From Octopus sinensis (lineage: Eukaryota): a stretch of 64,000 nucleotides of DNA. Shown one piece after another: positions 24,948 to 38,365 of this stretch (its first letter is position 1; every line of letters starts with the position of its first letter). Where the stretch lies: contig NC_043013.1 of assembly GCF_006345805.1 (NCBI RefSeq), positions 22,072,001-22,136,000 of the forward strand, read 5' to 3'. The notes beneath the pieces were generated by a model. It saw nothing but the letters and a program-made list of their open reading frames with translations, was not told the DNA's origin and searched no databases. A program made the translations under genes and the position numbers.

Positions 24948-25131
24948 ATTATCAAATAAAAGTTGAGAAAATGGAGAGTTGGTAAAGATGTGAATTGATA
25001 TATTAACATAGTTCCAGGGTGAAAATTGAATAGGAATAAATTCGAAATTGAATTTATTTGTTTTCAGTTTTTACCTTGGAACGATTTATATCTTTACCAA
25101 CTCCCCATTTTCTCACCTTTTATTGGATAAT
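24948..25131. repeat. Foldback element / MITE (~85-bp imperfect arms)
   Basis: attatcaaataaaagttgagaaaatggagagttggtaaagat ... atctttaccaactccccattttctcaccttttattggataat. Confidence 0.75.
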
Positions 25132-25360
25132 ATGTGTGTGTGTGTGTGATTGTATGAAGTGCATGTGATTGAGGTTGCTGTGGCACCCATCCCTTTCGAA
25201 AGAGTAATTATGACAGAACTGTGACAAACTATTTACAACCAAGAATAAAAATCTTGTTAGAGCCTGGATTCCGAAAGAAAAGAATACGCGGGACTGACTA
25301 AAAGAGCTGGACTCAAATGTTTTTTTGTGAATTCAATCAGCTGACCTCGGTGCATATCAG

Positions 25361-25637
25361 TTATTTACAGTTCTGAGAAATGGGTCAACAAATATCTTGG
25401 TCATGAATAAGCATAAAAACAGTTTGAGCAACTTGGCCAAACTTGACCCACAAGAAAACAATTCATGCGAAAGAAAAGTAAAGACAAAAAAAAGCAGTTT
25501 TCATATTGGTTCCAGTAGTTAATGATTGTCAATTTTACTGCTAAGCTATTTGCAAATTATTAATTGTTACTTCTGTATAACATTCATTTGAGAAGGTTGT
25601 AATCAATTGAATTGACCTCAACGTATTACTGGTACTT
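25361..25637. repeat. Long inverted repeat, left arm (partner 30048-30323)
   Basis: Manual reverse-complement alignment over ~277 bp with scattered mismatches. Confidence 0.9.
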
Positions 25638-26069
25638 AATTTATTGACCCTTAAAGGAATGGAACAACACTGGTTGTTGAGAAGTGATGGGGAACACACA
25701 CACACACAATCTTTTTCCTTATGCTGTTAAAACACCTGAGAAAGGCATATATATATATATAATATATATATATATGTGAGGGCACATGGCTTAGTAATTA
25801 GGTTGTTGCACTCACAATTGTGATTTCAATTCCTAGACTGGGCAGTGAGTCATGTCCTCGAGCAAAAACACTTCATTTCACCTTGCTCTGTGATCTCTTC
25901 AACAGCTGACATGAGGTACACTTTGCACCTGTTCAGGTAGTGTCAATATGATGGAGTGGGGAGTGAGCTAACATGCCGCATGAACATTTGATCCTTATAA
26001 AAACAAATCATTTGTGAAGGTCGTTCAACGAAGGCTGAACACTCAGTATGTCATTTTCAACAGGAGAGT

Positions 26070-26618
<549 letters not shown>

Positions 26619-27399
26619 ATGGTCTTCTTTCGGTTTCTGTCTACCATATCCACTTGCGAGGCCTTGGTCAGCCCAAAGCTATAGATGAGGATACCTGCCC
26701 AAGGTACCACATAGTGGCACTGAACGCAGAACTATGTGGTTAGAAAGCCACAACTTGTGACTTTTCTTTTTTCTTAAATTTGCTTCATTTTATGACTTAA
26801 GTCCCAGTAGAGCTTTCTAATCAGATCTATCTCTCAATGAGTGATTAATTATTCTGACTTTATTCCATTCTAAGATTTACTTGTATCATGATTTATTTTT
26901 TGTTCAGTACCCCCCCCCCCCAAAAAAAAAAAAATCATGTAATAAACAGAGCTGAGCTGAAAATCTAGAGAGCATTGATCCTTTTTTCTTACAGCAAGAA
27001 GGCCTGGACTGTGATGGGTGCTTTCATGTTACAGACTCTGTAAGAAAATACAAACCATCAACACTCTTATTTGGTTATTGTTTAACCTGAGATTGGCCTT
27101 GATTCAGCATGGCTACAATCAAAGCTATTCTGCCCTTTTAGGGACATGTAGTAAGGGCTACATGTTATAATATGTAGTAGCGATTATGCATTTCTTGGAG
27201 ATATCAACATTTCAGACTCTTTGTTCATAAACAAAACCAATTGATTTTGTTATTTATTTATTTTTATTGGTTGGTTTTGTTCTTGGTGCTTTTGCACTCA
27301 ATAAAATAAATAGCAGTTTTGCTCTGAGGACAATGCAATTAATTAGCCTACCCTGTTGCAGGCTTTGTGCATGGAGTAGAAAAGATTATTATTAATTTG

Positions 27400-28700
27400 T
27401 GAAAAACAACATTTGAGCGTGGTCATTGCCAATGCCACCAGACTGGTCATTGCCAGTACTGCCTGAATGGTCCTTGTGCTGGTGGCACATAAAAGCACCC
27501 ACTACACTCTTGGGGGCGTTGGCGTTAGGAGGGGCTCGCCCAATCCTCAGTCAAACTGTCCAACCTATGCCAGCATGGAAAGTGATTATTAAATGATGAT
27601 GATGATGGTGATAATGAATAATGTAAATGAGAGTTGTAATAACTGAAAGGTTTATTTTGATAAATGTTGATTGGAAGCTTCATATACGATACAAAACCAG
27701 ATCATAGACTGATTTCAGTGTGAGCTTATTTGCTATGGTGATTTGATTAAGATCATCATTATCATCATCATTTAACATCTGCTTTCCATGCTGGCTTGGG
27801 TTGGACAGTTTGACTTAGGACTGACAAGCCAGAAGGCTGCACCATGCTCCAATCTGGTCTGGTAAAGTTTTTATAGCTGGATGCCCTTCTTGATGCCAAC
27901 CACTCCAAGAGTGTAGTGGGTGCTTTTACATGCCACCGGTATGAGGGCCAGTCAGGCAGTACTGGCATCAAACACAAATGATGCTTTTTACGTGCCACCT
28001 GCACAGGAGCCAGTCAGGTGGCATTGACAACAGTCATGCTCAAACGGTGCTTTTTATGTGCCACTGGCACAGGATCAGTTAGGCTGTACTGACATCAACC
28101 ATGCTTGTATGATGCTTTTTACATGCCACCTGCCCGGGAACCAGTCAGGTGGCACTGGCAATGGCCACGCTCAAGCGGTGCTCTTTATGTGCTACTGGCA
28201 CAGGACCAGTCAGACAACACTGGCATTGACCACGCTCAAATGGTGCTTTTTATGTGCCTCTGGTGTGGGAGCCAGTTAGGCAAAAGAGAGAAATTTCAAA
28301 GATCTTGATTCACCTGAAATCAAGGGCAAAACTATTGAGGAGCATTTACTGAGAGTTTCATCATTGAATTTAATTATAGGAAATGTTTTCTCCATCAAAT
28401 ATCCATTTGTTTCATCATCATCATCATCATCGTTTAACATCCGCTTTCCATGCTAGCATGGGTTGGACAATTTTGACTGAGGGCTGGTGAACCAGATGGC
28501 TGCACCAGGCTCCAATCTTGATCTGGCAGAGTTTCTACAGCTGGATGCCCTTCCTAACACCAACCACTCCAAGAGTGTAGTGGGTGCTTTTTACGTGCCA
28601 CCGGCACGGGGGCCAGTCAGGCAGTACTGGCAATGACCTCGCTCAAATCTTTTTACACATGCCACCGGCACAGGTGCTAGTAAGGCGATGTTTGTAACAA
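27400..28700. mobile_element. Cluster of three RTE-tailed SINE copies (+ 27400-27600; - 27765-28280; - 28415-28700)
   Basis: Same family as 1205-1585. Confidence 0.75.
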
Positions 28701-28859
28701 TCTTGGATACAAAATAAAAATCATTCTCTACACCTTGATCTAGCAAGAATGAAACCATTCATTCATTATTTGATGCAGAACAATATTAACCAAATGACTA
28801 TTATGTTTCTTTAATTACTAAACTCTAAACAAGTTCCTGCTTTTTTGGAATTAATTGAA

Positions 28860-29200
28860 ACCCAACAGAATCCAGTGCTTCCATTACAAAAAGTTTATGT
28901 AGATGTTATTCGTCTGTTTAAAACTTCAATAGCTAATGCCATCTCTCTCAACTAGCTTATCAGAAGTTCCACAAGCTGTTGAGACTGATGCTTCATGGAA
29001 CTAGAATTTCAGGAGTCATTTCACAGCATAATAAACCTGTTATTATTCTGCAAAACTTCTTCTTCCTCAAAACAAAATCTCTCATCAGTTGGAAAGGAGA
29101 GGCTTTGGCTATTGTAGGAAGAATTAGCTAATGGCAAAACTTTTTACTTCCTGGTGTAATGTAAAAACATTGACCAACAAATGATAAGATCCTTTTTTAG
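28860..29200 (+). mobile_element. Decayed Ty3/Gypsy RNase H fragment
   Basis: VETDAS..ISGVISQHNKPV...SVGKE.ALAIV...WQNFLL across frameshifts matches the LTR-retrotransposon RNase H pattern. Confidence 0.65.
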
Positions 29201-30047
29201 TGCTTTGAATCACCATAGACAATGATGATGGATTATGACTTTGGATACATACCAAAAAGCTCATACATTCACTGGCGCTTTTCCTAGATGCTCTCTGTTA
29301 CATCTCTGGAAATCACAGATTTACACTGTGTTTTGTGTCATCCTGGACCAACTGGATTTTGGCAGTGTGTCAGATCTAAGAATTAGCTGTTTTCTGTGGA
29401 ACATGATAGCAGATGTTTTACATTGAAAGCTTTGATTCCACCGTTTACTGTATGCCAAACTTATCAAGACCATATATCTCAGTATCAACGTAAGCTATCC
29501 TTGCAATTATTAATGAAGAATTAAAAAACACTGAAGCTAATTAATTAACTGTGGCATGAAACAATTAGTGAGAATCAAATCATATAATTAAAATTAAACA
29601 TTTCTATTTCAATTCTCCTGCCACACGTGTAAGAATATCCACTTTACTGCAAATCATCAGCCATGTCTGAGACGGTTTTTACCAAACTTGTTTTCTGTAT
29701 TTTGAAGGAACTTTGTTTAGACAATTTGATTAATCCCAATAAATATCAGCCAAAGACAGATCATGATCAACTGACCGATGCTACCCATTTTTATTCTTAC
29801 ATCAAGTACCCAGGTGTCTGAATTGACAGCCATGACTAATGACATCACCCCATCTGGAGCACTGCTGCATACGAAATCAGTTGAACTCCGATTCCACTGA
29901 ATCAATTGAACTGAAATCAATTGAACTCTGATTCCACTGAACAATGTGGTTCCTGAATGGGTGTGATGATGTTGACACTTGAAGAATCCAGCCAAAGTAA
30001 TCTCTAGGTGTTCTAAGGACTTTTTCATTGATGACTGTCATATTGAC

Positions 30048-30323
30048 AAGTACCAGTAATACATTGAGGTCAATTCAATTGATTACACCCTTCTCTAATG
30101 AATGTTATACAGAAGTAACAATTAATAATTTGCAAATAGCTTAGCAATAAAATTGACAATCATTAACTACTGGAACCAATACGAAAACATCGTTTTTTTT
30201 CTTTACTTTGCTTTCGCAAGAATTGTTTCCTTGCGGGTCAAGTTTGGCCAAGTTGCTCAAAGTGTTTTTATGCTTATTCATGGCCAAGATATTTGTTGAC
30301 CCATTTCTCAGAACTGTAAATAA
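30048..30323. repeat. Long inverted repeat, right arm (partner 25361-25637)
   Basis: As for the left arm. Confidence 0.9.
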
Positions 30324-30610
30324 TCATAAAAATGAAAGCAGATGGAGTCACAGTTACCTGATAATTTATTATTAGTTTATTAATTACTTTGTGTTTAAAT
30401 TTTTGCTAATTTAATATCCATTGGTGCATGAATTCTTGGATGCGATGACCGTTTTGTTAGGACAATTCTTATTTATGTTGCCTTTCACACCTCAAACACA
30501 AAGTAAAAGTGGAGCCAATCTTTTATTTTTTTTTCTGAACTGGTAAGATTTGAACACAAGATGCTGCAGTCAACAGATCAACACTTTAACCTCAAAGTAA
30601 TTATTGCTTG

Positions 30611-30648
<38 letters not shown>

Positions 30649-30999
30649 TGTGTGTGTTGATATTTTAAAAACTTAACCTAAGTTAATACTTTATATTTGA
30701 AATCTCGCTTGGGGAGTGTATTGGCTGAGCTGTTACAGTGATGGGCAGTGGGTCTCAGAGTACCTTTTTTTGACTTGATGCACTCTGAGTTCAAATCCCA
30801 CCTAGGTTAACTTTGTTTTTTCTTCTTTTGGCATTGATAAAAAAAAAAGTCCCATTCCAAGGTAATGGACTGGCAGAATTATAGAAATGTTGGATCAGAT
30901 GCTTTGCAGTATTTGGTTTTGGCTGTCCGCATTCTGAGTTCAAATCCTGATTAGGTATTAGACTGAACCCATCAACCAAATGAATATGATTACCTTGCA

Positions 31000-31500
31000 A
31001 ATACCTATCGAGGCAAGTGAAATCGAAATTGCTGACATGGCCGATGACAGTACCACCTGATTGGCACTCATGCCAGTGGAATGTTAAAAGCACATCTGAG
31101 CGTGATCGTTTCCAGGGCCGCCGACTGGTTCCCATGCTGGTGGCACGTAAAAAGCAACATTCAAGCATGATCATTGCCAGCATTGCCTTACTGGCACATG
31201 AAAAACAACATTTGAGTGTGGTCGTTGCCAGTGCCGCCCGACTGGCTCCCATGCAGGTGGCACATAAAAAACATCTTTTGAGCATGGCGGTTGCCAGTAC
31301 CGCCTGACTGACCCTCGTGCTGGTGGCATGTAAAAGCACCCACTACACAGTGGTTGGCGTTAGGAAGGGCATCCAGCTGTAGAAACTTTGTCAGATCAGA
31401 TTGGAGCTTGGTGCAGCCTTCTGGCTTGCCAGCCCTCAGTCCAACCCATGCCAACATGGACCGCAGACGTTAAATGACGACGATAATGATGATGATGACT
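31000..31500 (+). mobile_element. RTE-tailed SINE with internal tandem units
   Basis: Same family as 1205-1585. Confidence 0.75.
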
Positions 31501-32142
31501 GCTTTAACAGAGTTCACTCAGATGCAAGCACTCATGCCAAATCTCTGGTTTGATGGTAACCATTAGTCAGAGAGGCTCTGCAATGGCTCAGCGGAACTGC
31601 CTGTTTTTATGACTAAAAGATGGTTAAAATAAGTAACCAGGAGTGGTTTTATGTTTAAAAGTTTAAACACGAGTTACAGGAATTATGATCTTTATTAAAT
31701 GATAATCAACACTTTTAATTAAGATACAAAACCAGATCACACAACTAGTTTACTGTGAATTGTTTTGCTTTGATGATCAATTAGGAACTGCAAAGTTTAA
31801 AGGTCTGGAGATAAACTAATTACATACTTGTCTGGTTGTAATCACCAAATACCAAAACATTAGTTTCCAATTATAACATTTTCATGTGGTATTGGTTAAA
31901 ATGGAACTTTTTTTTTTTCTTTTTGATGTGACTCATTAGTAATGGTAAATGTAAAATAGCTGAGTTGACAGAGAGTTGGTTACTAATTCCTTGTTTGTCA
32001 GTGTAAATCTCACTGTGGGTACTTTATTGTGTTTCTAGGCCATACAGCTGGTTCGTAGTGAGGATGATTTCTTAACTACGAAATTTTAAACATGTGGAGA
32101 GAGAAACTATTTGTATTTTGCTCTCCAAATATCACTTCATTT

Positions 32143-32181
<39 letters not shown>

Positions 32182-32318
32182 TTAAACAAACCAAAACACT
32201 GGCTATAAAGGAGTCAGATGTAAGAAAGAATAAAATTGTGAGAAACAAGCGGGAGTTGAACACATGTCTTTATTGGCATTTTTGCATATCAGGGAGTACA
32301 TTGCTCCATTGCTATTTT

Positions 32319-32363
<45 letters not shown>

Positions 32364-32365
<2 letters not shown>

Positions 32366-32562
32366 CAACTACACCAATCTTGTGTGTGTGTGTGTGTGTG
32401 TGGAAACTACACCAATCTTGTGTGTGTGTGTGTGTGTGTGTGTGGCAACTACACCAATCTTGTGTGTGTGTGTGTGTGGGCAACTACACCAATCTTGTGT
32501 GTGTGTGTGTGTGTGGCAACTACACCAATCTTGTGTGTGTGTGGCGGGGGGCAACTACACCA
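32364..32562. repeat. Minisatellite: 18-nt core ggcaactacaccaatctt separated by variable (GT)n, six cores
   Basis: Cores at 32364, 32402, 32444, 32479, 32515 and 32550 (last partial). Confidence 0.9.
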
Positions 32563-34151
32563 GTGTCGAGAGAACCCTTAGGTCTTGTTGAAGGCACAGC
32601 AACCTCTGAAATGCTGGTGCCACAGTATAATAATGCAGCCAATATAACCTGTAAGCTGGTTGGATTTACAAAGGGCATCCAACCGTAGAAAGCAACCCAA
32701 ATGAATTGTATGAGCGAGATGTTGTCCTTTGACCTCTCTTGGAAAGCACTGACTCGAAATGGAAGTAGTCATCGACCACAATCATCAACTTTATGCCTGC
32801 ATTGAAGGCAGACAGGAAACAATGAAACCGATGATGATGATGATGGTATATGCATATAGACACATATACAGGATTACCTCTAAATACAAGTCCCATTTAG
32901 CATATTTACTCAAATATCACCTCTAATGTCTAACATGGCCAACCATCATGTTTATGTTGCTGGTTCCTTCCTTCTGTCTGTGTTTTGGCTTTGCAATGAA
33001 ACAAAGCATCTCAGCTGTTATTAACTAGTTCAGAAATATTTATATATTGATTCACATGATAGTTGCTAAGCAATTCACTGATTGCCCAAACGGTGGTGGT
33101 GGTGGTGGTGGTGGTGGCGGTTTTGGCACCGGCGGTGGCGGCTTTTATTGGTTTATTGCTGCTTATTTTTGTTTCATATTTTTTGTTTAGGAGTGGTGTG
33201 GAAAGGGAACCAATTCCATTCTACTAGCGTTTAATATTGTTGTAATAACACCCACAACAGCAACGCTGGTTTCAAATTTTGGCACAAGACCAGCAATTTT
33301 AAGTGAGGGGTAAATCAATCACATCAACCCCCCCTCTCCCGCCACCATCCACCTGATACTTATTGACCTTGAAATGACAAAAGGCAAAACTCAACCTTAG
33401 CAGAATTTGAACTCAGAAGGTAAAACAACAGAAGAAATACTGCAAAGCATTTTGTTTGACGCACCAACAATTCAGCCAGCTCATTGTCATAATAATAATA
33501 ATGATAATAATAATTATAGTAATCCTTTCTACTATAGGCGCAAGGCCTAAAATTTTTTTGGTGGGGAGACGAGTCAATTTCATTAACCACCCCTCCCCAC
33601 TGATACTATCAACCCTGAAAGGATGAAAGGTAAAGTCGACCGCGGTGGAATTTGAACTCGGAACATAAAGACAGACAAAATGCCAGTAAGCATTTCGTCC
33701 AGTGTGCTAATGATTCTGCCAGCTCACCACTTTACATAATAATAATAATAATTATAATAATAATAATAATAATAGTTGTTTCTAACTTATGTACAAGGCC
33801 AGAAACCTGTGATTATATTGACCCTAATGCATTACTGGTATTTTATCGACTTCAGAATGGATGGCAAAGTTGACTGCAGTAGGATTCTTCTTCCAAAATC
33901 GATAAAATGAAGAACCATTCAAGTCTTGAGATGAATTTAATCAACTTATTTGCAATCTTCAAATCGGTGGCCTTATTCCTGAGTGACATGCTACTCGACA
34001 AGATGAGGGCAGACAAGACGAAACTGTTTACTTTTGTTGCTCAGTGAAATTGAGTGAATTGTGGAGTTGTGTTGAACAGCTTCTGTTGTGTAGGCAACAG
34101 ATCTGGCTGAGTCTATTGTGAAAATTGTCTTAGCATCTTCTTTTAACTTGG

Positions 34152-34430
34152 GAATGAAGATAGCTTTCCTCTCATCTGGTGGTTGGCTGTTTGTGAAAGA
34201 GGTTGTGTGAATGAAGATAACTTTCCTCTCATCTGGTGGTTGGCTGTTTGTGAAAGAGGTTGTGTGAATGAAGATAGCTTTCCTCTCATCTGGTGGTTGG
34301 CTGTTTGTGAAAGAGGTTGTGTGAATGAAGATAACTTTCCTCTCATCTGGTGGTTGGCTGTTTGTGAAAGAGGTTGTGTGAATGAAGATAGCTTTTCTTT
34401 CATTTGGTGGCTGGCTGTTTGTGAAGAGGT
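34152..34430. repeat. 57-bp minisatellite, ~5 copies
   Basis: Unit gaatgaagatagctttcctctcatctggtggttggctgtttgtgaaagaggttgtgt; alternating gatagc/gataac variants. Confidence 0.92.
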
Positions 34431-36777
34431 GGTGCTCCAGCATGGCTGCAGTCAAATGACTGAAAGAAGTAAAAGAGTGTACAAGGAGTGAAGCTGACAA
34501 AAGTCTTTAGAGTAGCGGAGAGAATGCCTTATTCTATTTCTTCCAACTCTTTACATTCTGAGTTCAAATTACGTTGGCGTTGATCTTGCCTTTCTTTTGC
34601 CCTTTCAAAGTGGCAGTCAAATACTGTGGTTAATGGTATCTACTAAGCCCCTCCCCTCAGAATTACAGGCCTTGTTCTTCAATTGAAAGAATTAGTTGTT
34701 CTAATTTTTTTTTACTTATTTTGGGTAAGCATCTCTCTCATAGAACACTAATCAATTACATGATGCTCCTGCTGTTTGCAGTAGTCACTTGTTCCTACAA
34801 ATGGCAATTGTTTTCAGTTCTCAGTCGACAAGCCGTTCCACACGTCATCATCATCATCATCATCGTTTAATGTCAATTTTCCATGCTGGCATGGGTTGGG
34901 CAGATAAACAGATGAAGCTCACAATTGTGGCCCTTTCTTTTAAGTCTGGTATTTATTCTATCAGTCTCTCTTTTGTTGAAGTGCTATTGTTACAGGAATG
35001 TAAACACACCATCACTGGTTATCAGGTGGTGGTGGTAGTGGGAGTGTACCAATTCTACAATACTACTGGGTTATTTTAGATATCTTATTAATTTAAATCT
35101 GTTACTACGTCTGGAGACTTGTTGAACCAAGTGAAATCATAGTTGTGACTGATGCCTGTGCCAACTGACTGGCACCTGTGCCAGCAGCCTGTAAAAGGCA
35201 CCATTTGAGTGTTGGGCCTCATGCAGGCATTGACAGGTGGCCAAGGCCCTTGGTGAAAGACCGTGCTTGTGATGACCTGTCAAGCCAAGTGAGACTAGTC
35301 GTGGCCAATGCTGGTGTCAGGTCAATGGCACCCATTTTGGGTGGCACATAAAAATCACCCACTATACTCTTGGAGTGGTTGGTGTTAGAACAGGCATCCA
35401 GCTGTAGAAACCTTACCAAATCAGACTGGAATCTGGTGCAGCCCCACTGGCTTACCATTTTCAGTCAAACTTTGTGAAATGGTGGATGTTAGGGAGGACT
35501 TCCAGCCATAGAAACCATACCAAAACAACGGAAGCTGATGGGGCTCCTAGCTTGCCAACTCCTGTCAAACTGTCCAACCCATGCCAGCATGGAAAACAGA
35601 CATTAAATGGCAATGATGATGATGATGATGATGGCAGTTCTTCGTGTCTGAAGATCATTAGGATGACTGGCATGGTGTGAAGTGGCTATCTAAAGTGATC
35701 CTTGAAGCAGAGGGTTTGGTGCGGTTGTGGAAGAGGTTTTGGTCTGATGGTGGGCTAGGATGATGACTCTTTCCGTCTTTGGCGTTGCTTGTCCACCACA
35801 GCTGCTCTGGCCTTTTCTAAGTTGCTTACAACGATCTGGATGCAGTGTTATTACACCTCCGTCTGTGCTGTGATTTCCTCCCACCTTCTGAGGTTTACCT
35901 GTGCTTGGAGGCAGCTGGCATTTTAGATTGTTTCTCAAATGATTGCTGAGGAGGCCCCTGGATCTATTTAGACAAATCCATGACCAAGAAAAACAAACAA
36001 AAAAAAAGAAACAGGTAAAAAAACAACAAAAGCCCATTGGACGTAAACAGTCAATGTGTTAGTCTGATGCTCAGAGAAAGTTTAAGATGGGAAAATAGGA
36101 TTGGGACTGATGTTTTGAGCATGGCTCCTTGTTGGAAAGTGGAAAAAGTACAGAGAAGAGGAAAAGAGGGAAGGAACTGATAGTCCGGGAAAAAAGTATG
36201 TATGTTATTACATGGCTGGAAAATGACTGACCAGAATTTGGAGAGATAAATGTGGTCTTTGAAGGTGGGAGAAGGCATAACTGGTCATTGAGTGTGTGTG
36301 GAGTGCATATGTATACACATGATTTTGTACGTGCATGTGTGTGTGTGGAGTGTATATGTATACACATGTTTTGTATGCGCATGTGTGTGTGTGTGTTTGT
36401 GTGTGTGTGTCCGTGTGTGTTTCTTCCTTTCATGAATTTCTTCCTTTGCTATATCTTTCTTTCTGTTTTTCTTCTTCTCTCCTGTCATGCGTCCTTCCTT
36501 ACCATTAATCTTCTTTCTTTCTCCTTTCCTTCCTTCTTACCATTCTTTCTTTCCTTTTGCTCTCTTTCCTTTCTATAACCCTTCCTTTTCTCCTTTCTTT
36601 TAGTAATTCTTCCTTTCCTGTCTTTCATTCTTCTACTTTTTCTTTCAGTTGTTCTTTCTTTTTTTCATTCAATTCACAATATTCTTCTCGTGTATTTCGT
36701 GTTTCTTTTTACCATTTCCATCTCTCTTTCTTCCACTCCATTTTGCCTTTGTGTATTTGTGTATTTGTCTGTCTGTG

Positions 36778-37202
<425 letters not shown>

Positions 37203-37789
37203 CCCCCCCATCTTTCACTCAATATACCTCTCTGTCTGTCTGCCTGTCATTCTTTCATTCTATCCCATCTTTACATCTACTCTTTCTGTTCTTTTCAACC
37301 ACCCCCACCATCACCCTAACCACTAGATCACTAATTCCATTTTGACTAATTATTTCCTGCCACTACAGTTCTCTCCGTTGACATAATATTCCCATATCTA
37401 AATCAGATTATCCATTTTTCCATTTCCATTTATCAAACTTAGAAATATTCCACTTGAACTTCTGCTGAAATGGTTCCTTTTGTTCTTCTGTCAATAATGT
37501 AAAATGAATACATTTTACATTAAGAAATGGAATTTTTTTTTTTATTATTATTTATAGAAAAAAACTAAGATGCTTTCTATTTTCCCTGCAATTTCCATTT
37601 GTATCATCTGGCACATTGGCTACAAGGTTAAGGTGCAAATCTACTAACCACAAGTTGGCAAGTTCAAAACTTACTTAAGACATAGTGTTGTGTCCTTAGC
37701 ACGAGGATGAAGTTTGAATATTTTGAAGAATACATTTGTCTTACATTATTTACATTTGACGGATATTTGTCCTCATTTTGTTTGCTGTT

Positions 37790-37835
37790 AACACAACGTT
37801 TCGGTTGATATACCCTCCAGCCTTCATCAGGTGTC
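37790..37835 (-). ncRNA. Minimal type I hammerhead ribozyme motif in a short Penelope-like repeat (37741-37880)
   Basis: Minus strand gacac-CTGATGA-a-ggctg(gagggtatat)caacc-GAAA-CG-TT-gtgtt; palindromic ACGT stem III; one mismatch in stem II. Confidence 0.65.
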
Positions 37836-37930
37836 TTGGGCAAATTTCAAACCTGGGTTCTCATTCCTAAGGTATTTTTCAATATTATGATTATGATTAT
37901 GATTATTATTATTATTATTATTATTATTGT

Positions 37931-38073
37931 ACTCAGAATTTTGGGGTTTAGTAGCCCATGCTCTTAACTGCTATACCATATGACTCTTAACCACTGCGCC
38001 ACGGGTATATGGTGTAGTGGTTAAGAGTGCGGGCTACTAACCCCAAGATTCCAAGTTCGATTCCAGGCAGTGA

Positions 38074-38080
<7 letters not shown>
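37931..38080. mobile_element. Head-to-head pair of short tRNA-derived SINE heads
   Basis: 37941-37980 is the reverse complement of 38008-38046; A-box tggtgtagtggtt and B-box gttcgattcc. Confidence 0.7.
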
Positions 38081-38111
<31 letters not shown>

Positions 38112-38112
38112 T

Positions 38113-38365
38113 TGTGAGGCAACTGAAGTGGGTTGCCAAGGTTTTGTGGGGCATTCATTCTGCAAAACTCTGACTGGGCTTAGAGTCACTGGTATAGCAC
38201 AGAAGGGAGCCATAAATTTCATTACTAAAGCTGCAGGGAAGGCCACTAAGTGGATTGGGATAAAGAGGGCAGACTAGTGGTTTAATTGCTACTGGAATGC
38301 ACTCTGGGTGAACTGGGGTCTGATATTGAAAAACCCAAAACCCTCTCACCACCCCCAGAAACACT
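38113..38365 (+). mobile_element. 3' end of a HERO-like (R2/Hero clade) restriction-like-endonuclease LINE
   Basis: CEATEVGCQGFVGHSFCKTLTGLRVTGIAQKGAINFITKAAGKATKWIGIKRAD*W matches the remembered HERO C-terminus (PIEVGCRGF...AAEKATRWLWIKR). Confidence 0.7.

Noticed and set aside
32364-32562. CRISPR-like repeat-spacer appearance (also the 32-bp array at 61688)
   Set aside because: Spacers are (GT)n or absent, the context is eukaryotic and no cas genes are present.
38003-38080. Possible tRNA gene
   Set aside because: A/B boxes are present but there is no acceptor-stem pairing or T-run terminator; it ends in (AAT)n like a SINE.
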